A stretch of DNA of 64,000 nt from an uncultured Prevotella sp. (GTDB lineage: Bacteria; Bacteroidota; Bacteroidia; Bacteroidales; Bacteroidaceae). The position numbers were made by a program, and so were the translations under genes. The stretch lies in the NCBI GenBank assembly GCA_905234145.1, contig CAJOGK010000035.1, forward strand, positions 16,909-80,908, in the 5' to 3' direction. Under the pieces are notes generated by a model that saw only the letters and a list, made by a program, of their open reading frames with translations, made no database searches and had not been told where the DNA came from. The first letter of the stretch is position 1; each line of letters opens with the position of its first letter. Shown in pieces: positions 20,286 through 32,845 of the stretch.

Positions 20286-21599
20286 CTAAATACGGTTTTT
20301 TAGGAAGTCTGCGACCACATAACTGCTACCTCCAATGAACACCAAGTCGTTATTTTCTGCCGCATCTCTGGCTATTTGATAGGCAGTCATCACGTCGGGA
20401 TAAGCCTCGCCTTTAAGTCCCAGCCCCTGGGCATAAAGTTGCAAAACGTTCTCTGACATTGCACGATGATTATCGGCTTTGGTGAAATAATAGGTAGCAT
20501 CCTTAGGCAGGATTGAAAGCACACCTTCTACGTCTTTGTCTTCAACCATACCAAACACGATATGTAGATGGCCACACTCCATTGCCTGCAGCTGTTTTGT
20601 AAGATACTCCCAGCCTGGTACATTATGCCCCGTGTCACAGATGGTCAGGGGCACATCTGCAACTTTCATCCAGCGTCCCATCAATCCTGTCAAACCGCAT
20701 ACGTTTTTGAAAGCTTCTCTAACTTCGCGATTCTTACAAGTTGTGTTTTGATCACAAGTAGCGGGTACCATATATCCCAGATTCTCCAACTGCTTAACTG
20801 CACAGAGAATCGTGTTGGTGTTCTTCTCCTGGTAATTGCCACACAAGTCACCACGGATAACGCCAAAGTTCTTTGTGGTGTATTCTTGATATTTACTGAC
20901 CTGGCGTACTGAGATAATCTCGGGATCGTTTTCTGCAAAGGTGATAGGGGCATTTGCTTCTCCCGCCATCATTTCGAATACCATACGGGTTTCAGGGGTT
21001 GTTTCACCTATCACAACAGGAACACCAGGCTTGATGATGCCAGCTTTCTCCATCGCGATTTGCTCGATAGAACTTCCCAGATATTGCTGATGGTCAAGAC
21101 CGATGTTAGTTATTACCGATAGAATAGGGGTGATGATATTGGTACAATCCAATCTGCCTCCCATACCTACTTCGATAACAGCGATATCAACCTTTTTATC
21201 TGCAAAATATTTAAAAGCCAAAGCTGTTGTTACCTCAAAAAAAGTGGGGTATAACGGCTCAAAGAATTGCTTCTCATTGGCCACAAAGTCCACCACATAT
21301 TCTTCTGAGATAGGTATGCCGTTTACACGAATGCGCTCGCTGAAATCTATCAAATGGGGGGAAGTATAAAGACCTACACGATAGCCGCACATTTGCAAAA
21401 TAGCTGATAACGTGTGTGCACACGAACCTTTTCCATTCGTACCAGCTACATGAATCGTACGGTATTTGGTATGTGGATGTCCGAAATGCTCATCAAGCGC
21501 TAAACTGTTATCAAGGCCTTCCTTGTAACCGATAGCGCCCTGAGTTTCAAACATGGGCATCTGGTTATACAGATATTCACACGTCTCTTGGTAGGTCAT
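20286..21599 (-). CDS. folC: Folylpolyglutamate/dihydrofolate synthase
   Basis: HVAGTNGKGS, TSPHL, EVGMGGRLDCTN, EKAGIIK. Confidence 0.96.
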   Translation of the reverse strand: MTYQETCEYLYNQMPMFETQGAIGYKEGLDNSLALDEHFGHPHTKYRTIHVAGTNGKGSCAHTLSAILQMCGYRVGLYTSPHLIDFSERIRVNGIPISEEYVVDFVANEKQFFEPLYPTFFEVTTALAFKYFADKKVDIAVIEVGMGGRLDCTNIITPILSVITNIGLDHQQYLGSSIEQIAMEKAGIIKPGVPVVIGETTPETRMVFEMMAGEANAPITFAENDPEIISVRQVSKYQEYTTKNFGVIRGDLCGNYQEKNTNTILCAVKQLENLGYMVPATCDQNTTCKNREVREAFKNVCGLTGLMGRWMKVADVPLTICDTGHNVPGWEYLTKQLQAMECGHLHIVFGMVEDKDVEGVLSILPKDATYYFTKADNHRAMSENVLQLYAQGLGLKGEAYPDVMTAYQIARDAAENNDLVFIGGSSYVVADFLKNRI

Positions 21600-21613
21600 A
21601 CCTTCTTAATATA

Positions 21614-22780
21614 TTAATTGAAATAGTTTTTGAAACGCTGGAAGATAGAGTCACGGGTCTGTTTATCACCCTTGAAGTTATCGCTGCCTTTGAACTGTTC
21701 GATAGCCTGCTTCTCTTCGCGGCTCAAAGTCTTAGGCACATAAACACTAATGTTTACCACCAAATCACCCTTACCATTACCATAGCCTTGAACAGCTGGC
21801 AATCCTTTTCCTCTTAAGCGGAGTGTCTTACCAGGTTGCGTACCATTCTCCAGTTTTACCTTTAATTTAGTACCTTCAATGGTAGGAATCTCAATCTCAC
21901 CACCAAGTGCAGCTGTAGGGAAGTCGAGTAGCAGGTTATAAATCAAATCATTGCCATCACGAACAAAAGTATTATGTGGTTCTTCTTCGATAAATACCTG
22001 AATATCACCGTTAAGCCCGTTGTGCTTTCCAGCATTACCTTTGCCAGGCACATTTACAACCATACCTTCCGCTACACCAGCTGGAATCTTGATTTCTACC
22101 ACTTCCTCGCCTTTCTGAACGCCAGTACCACCACACTCTTTACATTTGTTCTTGATAACTTCACCTTCACCACCACAAACAGGACAAACGCTCTGTTGTT
22201 GCATCATACCGAAGATACTCTGTGTGGTGTGGGTAATCACGCCAGAACCATGACAGGTCTGACAAGTTTCCTTGCCGCTACCAGCTTCAGCACCAGAACC
22301 GTTACAGTGAGGACAATGGATATCTTTACGAACTTTGAATTTCTTGGTTACTCCCGAGTTGATTTCCTCAAGTGTTAGCTTTACCTTCAAGCGCAGATCG
22401 CTACCTCTATGCTGTTGCGGACGACGTGAACTACCACCTCCAAAACCACCAAAGCCATGACCTCCAAAGATATCGCCAAACATTGAGAAGATGTCATCCA
22501 TGTTCATAGATGTGCCACCGAAACCTCCGAAGCCTCCAAATCCGCCACCCATGCTTGGACCGTCGAATCCAAACTGGTCGTATTGCTGACGAGTCTTAGG
22601 ATCGTGCAACACGTTATATGCTTCTGCTGCCTCCTTGAATTTCTCTTCAGCCTCTTTGTCACCAGGATTGCGGTCTGGGTGGTACTTAATGGCTATCTTA
22701 CGATACGCTTTCTTAATCTCGTCTTCAGAGGCGTTCTTCTCCACGCCCAGCACCTCGTAATAGTCTCTTTTTTGTGCCAT
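21614..22780 (-). CDS. dnaJ: Chaperone DnaJ
   Basis: HPD J-domain, G/F region, four CxxCxGxG repeats. Confidence 0.98.
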   Translation of the reverse strand: MAQKRDYYEVLGVEKNASEDEIKKAYRKIAIKYHPDRNPGDKEAEEKFKEAAEAYNVLHDPKTRQQYDQFGFDGPSMGGGFGGFGGFGGTSMNMDDIFSMFGDIFGGHGFGGFGGGSSRRPQQHRGSDLRLKVKLTLEEINSGVTKKFKVRKDIHCPHCNGSGAEAGSGKETCQTCHGSGVITHTTQSIFGMMQQQSVCPVCGGEGEVIKNKCKECGGTGVQKGEEVVEIKIPAGVAEGMVVNVPGKGNAGKHNGLNGDIQVFIEEEPHNTFVRDGNDLIYNLLLDFPTAALGGEIEIPTIEGTKLKVKLENGTQPGKTLRLRGKGLPAVQGYGNGKGDLVVNISVYVPKTLSREEKQAIEQFKGSDNFKGDKQTRDSIFQRFKNYFN

Positions 22781-22783
22781 TGT

Positions 22784-23365
22784 TTATTGTCCTACGGCCA
22801 CTTTCGCGTGGCGGATTACTTTGTCGTTCAGTTTATATCCCTCTTGCAGACAGTCGATAACCTTACCTTTCTTATCGTCGCCCATACCTGGAACCATTGC
22901 TACGGCTTCGTGTACATCCGTATCAAAGTCGGCATCTTTTGTCTCGATCTTGTTCACGCCTTGCGATTCCAAAGTCTTCATGAACTTTTGATGAATTAAC
23001 GCCATACCTTCACGCAACACTTCTGGATCGTCAGTCTTTGCACCATTTTCGATGGCGCGCTCCATATCGTCAAGGATAGGCAGGATGGCTGTAATCACCT
23101 TCTCACCACCATTCAGAATCAGTTCTGCACGCTCTTTCAAAGTGCGCTTGCGGTAGTTCTCGAACTCTGCCACTGAACGTAGCCACTTATCTTTCAATTC
23201 GGCGATTTCGTCCTGAGCCTTCTCCAGAGGATCTTTTTCTTCTGATTCTCCTGATTCTTCGGATGATTCAGCAGCATTAGCTTCTTCTGCCTGATTGTCA
23301 GTTTCATCGGTAGGAGCCTCGTTCAAAGTCTCCTCGTCTTGAATTTCAATATCTTTCTCTGTCAT
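22784..23365 (-). CDS. grpE: Nucleotide exchange factor GrpE
   Basis: AEFENYRKR, LPILDDMERA, GYKLNDKVIRHAKVAV. Confidence 0.98.
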   Translation of the reverse strand: MTEKDIEIQDEETLNEAPTDETDNQAEEANAAESSEESGESEEKDPLEKAQDEIAELKDKWLRSVAEFENYRKRTLKERAELILNGGEKVITAILPILDDMERAIENGAKTDDPEVLREGMALIHQKFMKTLESQGVNKIETKDADFDTDVHEAVAMVPGMGDDKKGKVIDCLQEGYKLNDKVIRHAKVAVGQ

Positions 23366-23399
23366 AATTGCTGTTGTTTAAATGTTCTGTTTTCCTCCA

Positions 23400-23415
23400 T
23401 GCAAATTCTGTGCCA
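23400..23415 (-). promoter_or_regulatory. Sigma-54 (-24/-12) promoter for grpE-dnaJ
   Basis: - strand reads TGGCACAGAATTTGCA = GG-N10-GC. Confidence 0.75.
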
Positions 23416-25038
<1,623 letters not shown>

Positions 25039-25104
25039 TTACCTATTTATAATAATTGGGGTGCAAAGTTACGAATAAAATCTGATATATTTTCGCTTAA
25101 AAAG

Positions 25105-26175
25105 CTATAACATTCCTTTTGTAGATGGCAGTTCGTAGTGGTAAATATCGCGCTTTACAGCCATTTTCAACGAACGAGCCAAAGCCTTGAAAATACCTTC
25201 AATCTTGTGGTGCTCATTCTGGCCTTCTGCCTTGATGTTCAGATTCATCTTGGCGGCATCACTTAGACTCTTGAAAAAGTGCAAAAACATTTCTGTTGGC
25301 ATCTCGCCAATCTTCTCGCGCTTGAAGTCTGCATCCCAAACTAGCCAAGGTCTTCCTCCAAAATCGAGTGCAACACTACACAAACAGTCGTCCATAGGCA
25401 GACAATAACCATAGCGCTCAATGCCTCGCTTATCGCCTAAGGCTGATAAGATACACTCGCCAAGAGCGATGGCTGTATCCTCGATAGTATGGTGCTCGTC
25501 TACTTCTAAATCGCCTTTCGTATGAATCGTCAAGTCCATCATGCCGTGTTTGCCTATCTGTTCAAGCATGTGGTCAAAGAAACCCAGTCCTGTGGAGATG
25601 TCACACTTGCCTGTACCGTCCAGATTCACCTTGATATGGATATCCGTTTCTTTGGTCTTACGACTAACTTCTGCGATTCTTTCGCCAGCAAAAAGTAATT
25701 CGGCAATTTTGTTCCATGTAATACCTTCATCGCTCAGAATCAAAGATTTACAACCAATGTTTCGAGCAAAGGTTCTATCTGTTTCGCGATCACCGATTAC
25801 GTATGAATTGGCGATGTCGTACTCAGGGTTATTCATATACTTCTCCACCAGTCCTGTATTCGGCTTGCGGGTAAGGGCATTGTCCTCTGGAAAGTGAGGG
25901 TCAATCAGTATCTCGTCGAAAGTGATGCCTTCGCCCTCGAGTGTTTGCAGGATAAAGTTGTGAACAGGCCAAAACGTATTCTCTGGAAAAGCCTCTGTAC
26001 CCAGACCGTCTTGGTTGCTTACCATCACAAATTCAAAGTCTAGCTTCTCGCGGATAAACGCCAGATTACGAAATACGCCTGGTACAAACTGCAATTTCTC
26101 GAAAGCGTCTATCTGCTCGTCGGCAGGTTCCTGAATCAGCGTTCCGTCACGATCTATAAATAGTATTCTCTTCAT
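25105..26175 (-). CDS. hisB: Bifunctional histidinol-phosphatase / imidazoleglycerol-phosphate dehydratase
   Basis: FIDRDGT (HAD), [22 protein letters not shown]. Confidence 0.97.
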   Translation of the reverse strand: MKRILFIDRDGTLIQEPADEQIDAFEKLQFVPGVFRNLAFIREKLDFEFVMVSNQDGLGTEAFPENTFWPVHNFILQTLEGEGITFDEILIDPHFPEDNALTRKPNTGLVEKYMNNPEYDIANSYVIGDRETDRTFARNIGCKSLILSDEGITWNKIAELLFAGERIAEVSRKTKETDIHIKVNLDGTGKCDISTGLGFFDHMLEQIGKHGMMDLTIHTKGDLEVDEHHTIEDTAIALGECILSALGDKRGIERYGYCLPMDDCLCSVALDFGGRPWLVWDADFKREKIGEMPTEMFLHFFKSLSDAAKMNLNIKAEGQNEHHKIEGIFKALARSLKMAVKRDIYHYELPSTKGML

Positions 26176-26801
26176 GATTTTTCGTTGTATAGTGCTTTAC
26201 GTTCTTGTTCTTGTAATACGATGCTGGTCTTGGCAAGATACATCGGGCAGATGGTAGTCAACCATATATAGGCTTGCAAGAAACCTGCCAATAAAAAGGC
26301 GCCTATCGAAAGCCACATCACGTAACTTGGCATACCCAGCGGGTCGCCATTCATCACACCCATCTGCGATTCCCAGTTAGCTGCCATCATAATAATGGAG
26401 GGCAGCGAGGTAAACAGCGTCAGGATCGCCACGATAAATAGGCACACAATACCCACCAGCAACACCATTCCCAGATGGCGCATCCATCCTGCCGCACTTG
26501 CTTTCTCTGTTTTCTCCAAGAAACTGCGCTTGTGCAAAATACGATTCGAAAGATACAGATAAACAATCACAGCCAGCGCTTCCAGAGCCAAAGCTGGCCA
26601 CACAAGGGTGGGGGAAAGCAATACCGGTAGTGCTGATGCGATGGCCGAAATCACGGCAAACCCTAATGCCACAGGCCATGTCATACGAAATAGCTTACGA
26701 AAGTTTCCCGTAAACAATTGGTAGCCATCGCTAATACACGCTCTGCTGCTCCGTATCTTCTTCAGGATATCTTTTTCTTCTTTTTCCATTGTCTTGTTCA
26801 T
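26172..26801 (-). CDS. Hypothetical integral membrane protein (about 4 TM)
   Basis: Hydrophobic segments; 4-bp overlap with the hisB start. Confidence 0.75.
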   Translation of the reverse strand: MNKTMEKEEKDILKKIRSSRACISDGYQLFTGNFRKLFRMTWPVALGFAVISAIASALPVLLSPTLVWPALALEALAVIVYLYLSNRILHKRSFLEKTEKASAAGWMRHLGMVLLVGIVCLFIVAILTLFTSLPSIIMMAANWESQMGVMNGDPLGMPSYVMWLSIGAFLLAGFLQAYIWLTTICPMYLAKTSIVLQEQERKALYNEKS

Positions 26802-26865
26802 TTTCGCTTGCAAAGTTACTACTTTTTAATTTATAATTCGTATCTTTGCAGCAAAATTTTATGAT

Positions 26866-27858
26866 ATGAAGCAATTAAAGTGGGGATTCATCGGCTGTGG
26901 TGAAGTAACAGAAAAGAAAAGTGGTCCTGCCTTCAGCGAGGTCGAAGGTTCTAGTGTAGAGGCTGTGATGAGTCGTACAGAACAACATGCGCGTACTTAT
27001 GCCGTTACGCATGATATCAAGAAATGGTATACCGATGCCCAGGAACTTATCGACGATCCCGATGTGAATGCTGTTTATATCTGCACGCCTCCCTCCAGCC
27101 ATGCTACTTATGCCATTATGGCGATGAAGGCTGGCAAACCAGTCTACGTAGAAAAACCTTTAGCTGCCAGCTACGACGATTGTGCCCGCATCAATCGCAT
27201 CTCAGAACAAACGGGTATTCCCTGTTTTGTGGCTTATTACCGCCGTTATCTTCCTTATTTCCAGAAGGTTAAGGATATCGTTAATAGCGGTCAGATTGGT
27301 AAAATCCTCAATGTCCAGATACGCTATACCGAACCTTTGCGAACTGCTGATGCCGATGCGATAAAGAATGGTACGCCTCTGCCTTGGCGATTGCAGCCCG
27401 AGATAGCAGGAGGAGGCTATTTCTACGATATGGCGCCCCATCAGCTCGATTTGTTGCAGGATATGTTTGGTGTTATCCTTGAGGCACGTGGTATCTGTGC
27501 CAATCGTGGCGGCCTTTACGCAGCCGAGGATTCTGTCAGTGCCTGTTTCCGTTTTGAGAATGGTCTGCCCGGTTCAGGTTCTTGGTGCTATGTGGCTCAT
27601 GAGAGTGCCCGCGAGGATTGTATCGAGATTATCGGCAATGAAGGACAAGTTAGTTTCAGCGTGTTCGATTATAAGCCTATCAGATTGCAAACCAGTCAGG
27701 GCGATGAGCAGATTACGGTGCCGAATCCTCCTTATGTACAATATCCGCTGATTAAGTCGGTTATCGAACATCTGCAGGGCTTGGGCATCTGTACTTGCAC
27801 CAGCGTTTCGGCCACACCCGTCAACTGGGCAATGGATCGTATTTTGGGTAAATTCTAA
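26866..27858 (+). CDS. Gfo/Idh/MocA family oxidoreductase
   Basis: WGFIGCG Rossmann fold, VYVEKP, GGGYFYDMAPHQLD. Confidence 0.93.
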   Translation: MKQLKWGFIGCGEVTEKKSGPAFSEVEGSSVEAVMSRTEQHARTYAVTHDIKKWYTDAQELIDDPDVNAVYICTPPSSHATYAIMAMKAGKPVYVEKPLAASYDDCARINRISEQTGIPCFVAYYRRYLPYFQKVKDIVNSGQIGKILNVQIRYTEPLRTADADAIKNGTPLPWRLQPEIAGGGYFYDMAPHQLDLLQDMFGVILEARGICANRGGLYAAEDSVSACFRFENGLPGSGSWCYVAHESAREDCIEIIGNEGQVSFSVFDYKPIRLQTSQGDEQITVPNPPYVQYPLIKSVIEHLQGLGICTCTSVSATPVNWAMDRILGKF

Positions 27859-27866
27859 ATCCGGCC

Positions 27867-28958
27867 ATGAAAAGAGGGTGCCTGTTGTTCGTTCTGTTGC
27901 TATCATGCACAATGCTCTTTGCGCAGGATTCGCTTCATACCGACACCCTGAAGAAGACGCGCGAGATAGGTATTATCCGAGAGACTATCCGTGGCTTCGA
28001 CCGATTACAGGATGAATACATCGAGCCTAACCACTACGAGTTTACTGTGATGGCTCAGGTTACCCGCACTTTTGAGAGTTTCACCCTTAGCAGCAACGGC
28101 CAGTCCATTCGTCTGGCTCCTGATAGTCAAACTAAGATAGGTCCTTATTTCGGTTGGCGTTGGTTCTTTTTCGGTTACACCTTTGATATTAAGAATATCG
28201 GTTTTAACCAGAGTGGACTTCGTAAGGAATTTGATATCAGTATCTATTCCTCGCAGGTTGGCGTCGATGTGTTCTACCGCCGAACGGGCAACGATTATAA
28301 GATTCGTGATGTGAAGCTGGGCTACGGTATCGATGGCCGTCTGTTCGAAGGCCTGCCTTTTGCTGGTGTGAATGTGGGAATCACAGGCGTTAGTGCCTAT
28401 TACATTTTTAATCACGGACGATTCTCATATCCCGCAGCCTTCTCTCAGTCTACCTGTCAGAAAATCAGTTGTGGTTCTTGGCTCGCTGGTGCTGGCTACA
28501 CTCACAATACGCTCGATATGGACTACGACGAACTCGAGCAAGCTCTCAATGAGCGCATGGGTGGAGGTATCACAGTCGACCTCGATAGCGGTATGATGTT
28601 CAAGGATATTAAGTACAACGACTTCATTGTTTCTGGCGGTTATGCTTACAACTGGGTGTTTGCTAAGAATTGGCTCTTCTGTGCTAGCGGACAGTTGGCT
28701 GCATGTTATAAGACTAGTATGGGTAAGGTGGCCGACGAGAAGCACGGATTCGATTTCGGCAAGGTTTACCTCGATGGTATCGGCCGTTTCGGACTCGTTT
28801 ACAATAATACCCGCTGGTATGTGGGTGCGAGTGCTATTCTGCGCACAAACCATTACCACACGTCGCGCTTCTCTGCCAATAATATCTTTGGCTCGTTTAA
28901 TGCCTACATTGGCTACAACTTTGTACTCAAAAAGAAATATCGAAAACAAAAAACATGA
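27867..28958 (+). CDS. DUF4421-like outer-membrane/secreted protein
   Basis: Signal peptide; YIFNHGRFSYPAAFSQST.Q.ISCGS motif. Confidence 0.75.
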   Translation: MKRGCLLFVLLLSCTMLFAQDSLHTDTLKKTREIGIIRETIRGFDRLQDEYIEPNHYEFTVMAQVTRTFESFTLSSNGQSIRLAPDSQTKIGPYFGWRWFFFGYTFDIKNIGFNQSGLRKEFDISIYSSQVGVDVFYRRTGNDYKIRDVKLGYGIDGRLFEGLPFAGVNVGITGVSAYYIFNHGRFSYPAAFSQSTCQKISCGSWLAGAGYTHNTLDMDYDELEQALNERMGGGITVDLDSGMMFKDIKYNDFIVSGGYAYNWVFAKNWLFCASGQLAACYKTSMGKVADEKHGFDFGKVYLDGIGRFGLVYNNTRWYVGASAILRTNHYHTSRFSANNIFGSFNAYIGYNFVLKKKYRKQKT

Positions 28959-29815
28959 TTCGACACCTATATATATATATAGCGATGGCGCTGCTGTCTG
29001 TAAATGTGCAGTTGGCTAGTGCTCAAGTAAAGCAACAACTCGTGGATAGCGTTACGATTTGTCAATTGCTGCAAGAGGGTGCTCACCAACCAGCTGGCAC
29101 TTGTCTGCCCCTCTTCTTTGCCAAGAAATTTTTGGGGCGTCCATACGTGGCACATACCCTCGAAGGCAACGATCCTGAGCAGCTGGTAATCAACACGCGC
29201 CAACTGGATTGTACCACGCTGGTAGAAAATGTAGTAGCCCTCACGCTCTGTACCCAGCGTCGCACCCTCTCGTATTTCGACTTTAAGCATGCTCTCATCG
29301 ATATGCGCTATCGTCGTGGTATTATCAAGGATTACACCAGTCGTATCCATTACTTTACCGAGTGGATTACCGAGAATACCAAGGCTGGTATCGTGAGCGA
29401 AGTGCAATCGCCCGTACCGCCATTCTCTTCCATTCAGAAAATTAACTTGGGGTATATGAGTCAGCATCCTCAGAGCTACGATGCCTTGAAAAGTCATCCT
29501 GAATTCGTCAGCATCATCCGAGAGATGGAGCAGGCTGTCAGTGGGCAACAGTTCCGATACATCCCCAAGAGCGATGTGAAGAATACCCAACTCTTGCGCC
29601 AGACGATAAAAGATGGCGATATCATTGCTATTACTTGCAAAAAGGCAGGATTCGATATCGCCCATCTGGGGTTTGCTGTGTGGCAGAAGGATGGGCTCCA
29701 TTTGCTCAACGCCTCGATGCTTCATAAGAAAGTAGTGCTTGAACCAATGACGCTTTACCAATACCTGCAAAAGCATCCATCCCATACAGGAATTCGAATC
29801 ATTCGGATAAAATAA
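28955..29815 (+). CDS. DUF1460 / AmiA-like NlpC/P60-fold N-acetylmuramoyl-L-alanine amidase
   Basis: FLGRPYVAHTLE, LDCTTLVE, R.HYFTEW, DIAHLG, LLNAS. Confidence 0.85.
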   Translation: MIRHLYIYIAMALLSVNVQLASAQVKQQLVDSVTICQLLQEGAHQPAGTCLPLFFAKKFLGRPYVAHTLEGNDPEQLVINTRQLDCTTLVENVVALTLCTQRRTLSYFDFKHALIDMRYRRGIIKDYTSRIHYFTEWITENTKAGIVSEVQSPVPPFSSIQKINLGYMSQHPQSYDALKSHPEFVSIIREMEQAVSGQQFRYIPKSDVKNTQLLRQTIKDGDIIAITCKKAGFDIAHLGFAVWQKDGLHLLNASMLHKKVVLEPMTLYQYLQKHPSHTGIRIIRIK

Positions 29816-29853
29816 AAAAGCCGCAACTCTTAATGAGCTTGCGGCTTTTCTTT
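29814..29853. terminator. Bidirectional terminator
   Basis: AAAAGCCGCAA..TTGCGGCTTTT. Confidence 0.75.
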
Positions 29854-29857
29854 ACTT

Positions 29858-29933
29858 TGGTCGAGGTGACAGGACTCGAACCTGCGACAGCCTGGTCCCA
29901 AACCAGGAACGCTACCAACTGCGCTACACCTCG
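29858..29933 (-). tRNA. tRNA-Pro(TGG)
   Basis: Cloverleaf CGAGGTG..CACCTCG-A-CCA; anticodon loop TTTGGGA. Confidence 0.96.
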
Positions 29934-30027
29934 TTTTGCGGGTGCTTTTCTTAAAAGCGCTGCAAAGGTACGTATTTTCTGCGACCCTTGCAAATTTTTC
30001 CGCAATTATTTTAGAAAAAACTTCGAA

Positions 30028-31215
30028 TTACTTAATAATTCCCTGTTCCACAAAGATTTTCTTGAGTGCTACCACCGAGCGATCCACCTGTTCCTTGGTA
30101 TGTGTAGCCATCAGGGCGTAACGAACGAGCGTGTCCTGAGGAGCACATGCGGGTGGAATAACGGGGTTGATAAATACACCAGCCTTAAAGGCTAATGATG
30201 TTACCAAGAAGGTCTTTTCAGCATCGCGCACATACAGTGGAATGATAGGACTCTCGGTATCACCAATCTCAAAGCCTTCCTCGCGGAAACGCTTCAGTGC
30301 ATAGTTGGTAACATCCCAAAGAGCCTGAATGCGCTCGGGCTCGTTCTGAATAATGTGGAGCGCTTCCATTGCAGCAGCTGTAGCTGCTGGTGTGTTCGAA
30401 GCCGAGAAAATATAGGTACGACAAGTGTGGCGCAGGAAGTTGATGGTATCCCAATCCGAAGCGATGAAACCACCGATAGATGCGAGCGACTTAGAGAAGG
30501 TACCCATAATAAGGTCTACCTCGTCGGTCAAACCGAAATGATCGCAAACACCACGACCCTGCTTACCGAATACACCGATACCGTGGGCCTCGTCTACCAT
30601 GATCGAGCAATTATACTTGTGCTTGAGCTCTACAATCTCTGGCAATTTGGCCAAATCGCCCTCCATCGAGAATACACCGTCTACCACAATCAGCTTGATA
30701 GCCTCCTGAGGCAGTTTCTGGAGCACGCGCTCAAGATCCTCCATATCATTATGCTTGTAATGCAGCTGCTTGGCAAACGACAAACGGCGTCCGTCTACGA
30801 TAGAAGCGTGGTCGCGATCGTCGCAGATGATATAGTCGTCCTTGCCAACAACCATTGCCAGTACGCCCTGGTTTACAGAAAAACCAGTAGAGAAACAAAG
30901 GCAATCTTCTTTTCCTATAAACTCTGCAATTTCTTTTTCGAGTTTTACGTGCAGATCGAGCGTTCCGTTAAGGAATCGGCTACCTGCACAACCTGAGCCG
31001 TACTTATCGAGCGCACGCTTGGCTGCATCGATGATACGCAGATCACCAGGAAGACCCGTGTAAGCATTTGAGCCGAACATCAGCACCTTGTGGCCACCCA
31101 TTTCAACCTCTGTACCCTGCTTGCCCTCTATAGCACGGAAATAAGGATACACGTCAGCCTCCATGTACTTCTGTGGCTCACGATAAAGCTTGTATTTTTC
31201 TTGTAACTGTCCCAT
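30028..31215 (-). CDS. spt: Serine palmitoyltransferase (alpha-oxoamine synthase family)
   Basis: GSNAYTG, GSRFLNGT, DHASI, DEAHG, GTFSKSL; divergent lipid kinase as in other Bacteroidales. Confidence 0.85.
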   Translation of the reverse strand: MGQLQEKYKLYREPQKYMEADVYPYFRAIEGKQGTEVEMGGHKVLMFGSNAYTGLPGDLRIIDAAKRALDKYGSGCAGSRFLNGTLDLHVKLEKEIAEFIGKEDCLCFSTGFSVNQGVLAMVVGKDDYIICDDRDHASIVDGRRLSFAKQLHYKHNDMEDLERVLQKLPQEAIKLIVVDGVFSMEGDLAKLPEIVELKHKYNCSIMVDEAHGIGVFGKQGRGVCDHFGLTDEVDLIMGTFSKSLASIGGFIASDWDTINFLRHTCRTYIFSASNTPAATAAAMEALHIIQNEPERIQALWDVTNYALKRFREEGFEIGDTESPIIPLYVRDAEKTFLVTSLAFKAGVFINPVIPPACAPQDTLVRYALMATHTKEQVDRSVVALKKIFVEQGIIK

Positions 31216-31378
31216 TCCTAATTGGTATAGTTTTCTATTTTATTTTATATTCAGGCTGCAAAGTTACACATTTTTTAGGAAAACGTGCAAGAAAATCATA
31301 AGAAATGATGATATTTTCTTTTTTTAAGTATGAAAGAACGCAAAATTCGATGGATTTTTGTAAATTTGCACTCGAAAT

Positions 31379-32416
31379 ATGACGAAAAAGAAGAAAATCA
31401 CATTTATATTGAACCCTATATCGGGCACGCACTCTAAGGAGGAGATACCCGAGCTGATCGAAAAAACACTCGACCATGACCTGTTTGAGCCTCGCATTGT
31501 GTTTACAGAGTATGCTGGCCATGCGGCAGAGATAGCCCGCGAAGAGAGTAAAGCAGGTACCGACGTAGTGGTGGCGGTAGGGGGCGATGGCACCGTAAAC
31601 GAGGTGGCACGCTCGCTCGTTCATACCCCTACGGCACTGGCCATTATCCCTTGTGGCTCGGGCAACGGACTGGCGCGCCACTTGTGCCTCCCGCTCGACA
31701 TAAAGAAAGCCATCGAGGTGATTAACAGTTGTAAGATTGAGCGTTTTGATTATGGCGTTATCAACGAACTGCCTTTCTTCTGCACCTGCGGCATGGGCTT
31801 CGATGCGTTTATCTCGCTGAAATTTGCAGAGGCAGGCAAGCGTGGACCTATCACCTACGTGGAAAATGTGCTCAAGGAGGGATTGAAATATAAGCCAGAA
31901 ACTTATGAGGTAGAAGACGAATCAGGCGCTACGCGATACAAAGCGTTCCTGATCGCATGTGCCAATGCCTCGCAATATGGCAATAATGCCTATATCGCAC
32001 CAGGTGCTACGATGAAGGATGGGGAGATGGACGTGATTATCATGGAGCCTTTCGACGTGCTCGATGCACCACAGATTGCTGCCGACCTGTTTATGAAAAC
32101 GCTGGGCAACAATTCGAAGATTAAAACCTTCCGCACCAAGCATCTGCATATCCATCGCAAGAAAGAAGGGGCGATACACTACGATGGCGACCCTATGATG
32201 ACGGGCACTGATGTTGATGTTCACATCGAGCACGAAGGCATTCGTATTGTAACAAATCCGAACGCTGCCGAGGACGAAGGACAACCCAACCCCGTTTTGA
32301 ACGCTTTCAGCGACCTCTTTAATAATATAAATAATGTACGCGAAGACATCGAAAAGCGTGGCAAGCGTATTCAGAGAGTAAATAAAGTTTTGTTGCGTAA
32401 GCTAACGAAGCTATAG
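31379..32416 (+). CDS. YegS/DAGK-family lipid kinase
   Basis: NPISG, GGDGTVNEV, PCGSGNGLA, GMGFDA, YGNNA. Confidence 0.92.
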   Translation: MTKKKKITFILNPISGTHSKEEIPELIEKTLDHDLFEPRIVFTEYAGHAAEIAREESKAGTDVVVAVGGDGTVNEVARSLVHTPTALAIIPCGSGNGLARHLCLPLDIKKAIEVINSCKIERFDYGVINELPFFCTCGMGFDAFISLKFAEAGKRGPITYVENVLKEGLKYKPETYEVEDESGATRYKAFLIACANASQYGNNAYIAPGATMKDGEMDVIIMEPFDVLDAPQIAADLFMKTLGNNSKIKTFRTKHLHIHRKKEGAIHYDGDPMMTGTDVDVHIEHEGIRIVTNPNAAEDEGQPNPVLNAFSDLFNNINNVREDIEKRGKRIQRVNKVLLRKLTKL

Positions 32417-32443
32417 AATAACCATTAAACCAACGAACAGATT

Positions 32444-32836
32444 ATGGAATTACCCGATTTTATGAACTATGCGAGCAAATTCTCTCAGAAAGATTTTGCT
32501 GACAAGATTACCCGTATTGCCAAGCGCGCTGGTGCCAAACTGGTTTATGCTGCGCTTATTCTGTACTATACCTTGCAGAGCGACAAGGTAAGTAAGAGCG
32601 ACAAGGCCATCATCATTGGTGCCCTGGGCTATATGATCAGTCCGCTCGATGTAGTGCCCGATGCCATCCCCATCGCAGGACTTACCGATGACCTCGCCGT
32701 GCTGCTCTTTGTGCTGAAGAAGGTGTGGACGGGTGTCGACCCCGATATCGTAGAGCAGGCCAAGAGTCGCCTCTCCAAGTGGTTCGACGATGACGAAATT
32801 GCTGAGATAGGTAGTCTTTTCGATGGAGAAGAATAG
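32444..32836 (+). CDS. YkvA/DUF1232 family protein
   Basis: ALGYMISPLDVVPDAIPIAGLTDD. Confidence 0.9.
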   Translation: MELPDFMNYASKFSQKDFADKITRIAKRAGAKLVYAALILYYTLQSDKVSKSDKAIIIGALGYMISPLDVVPDAIPIAGLTDDLAVLLFVLKKVWTGVDPDIVEQAKSRLSKWFDDDEIAEIGSLFDGEE

Positions 32837-32845
32837 CCAGTAGCG

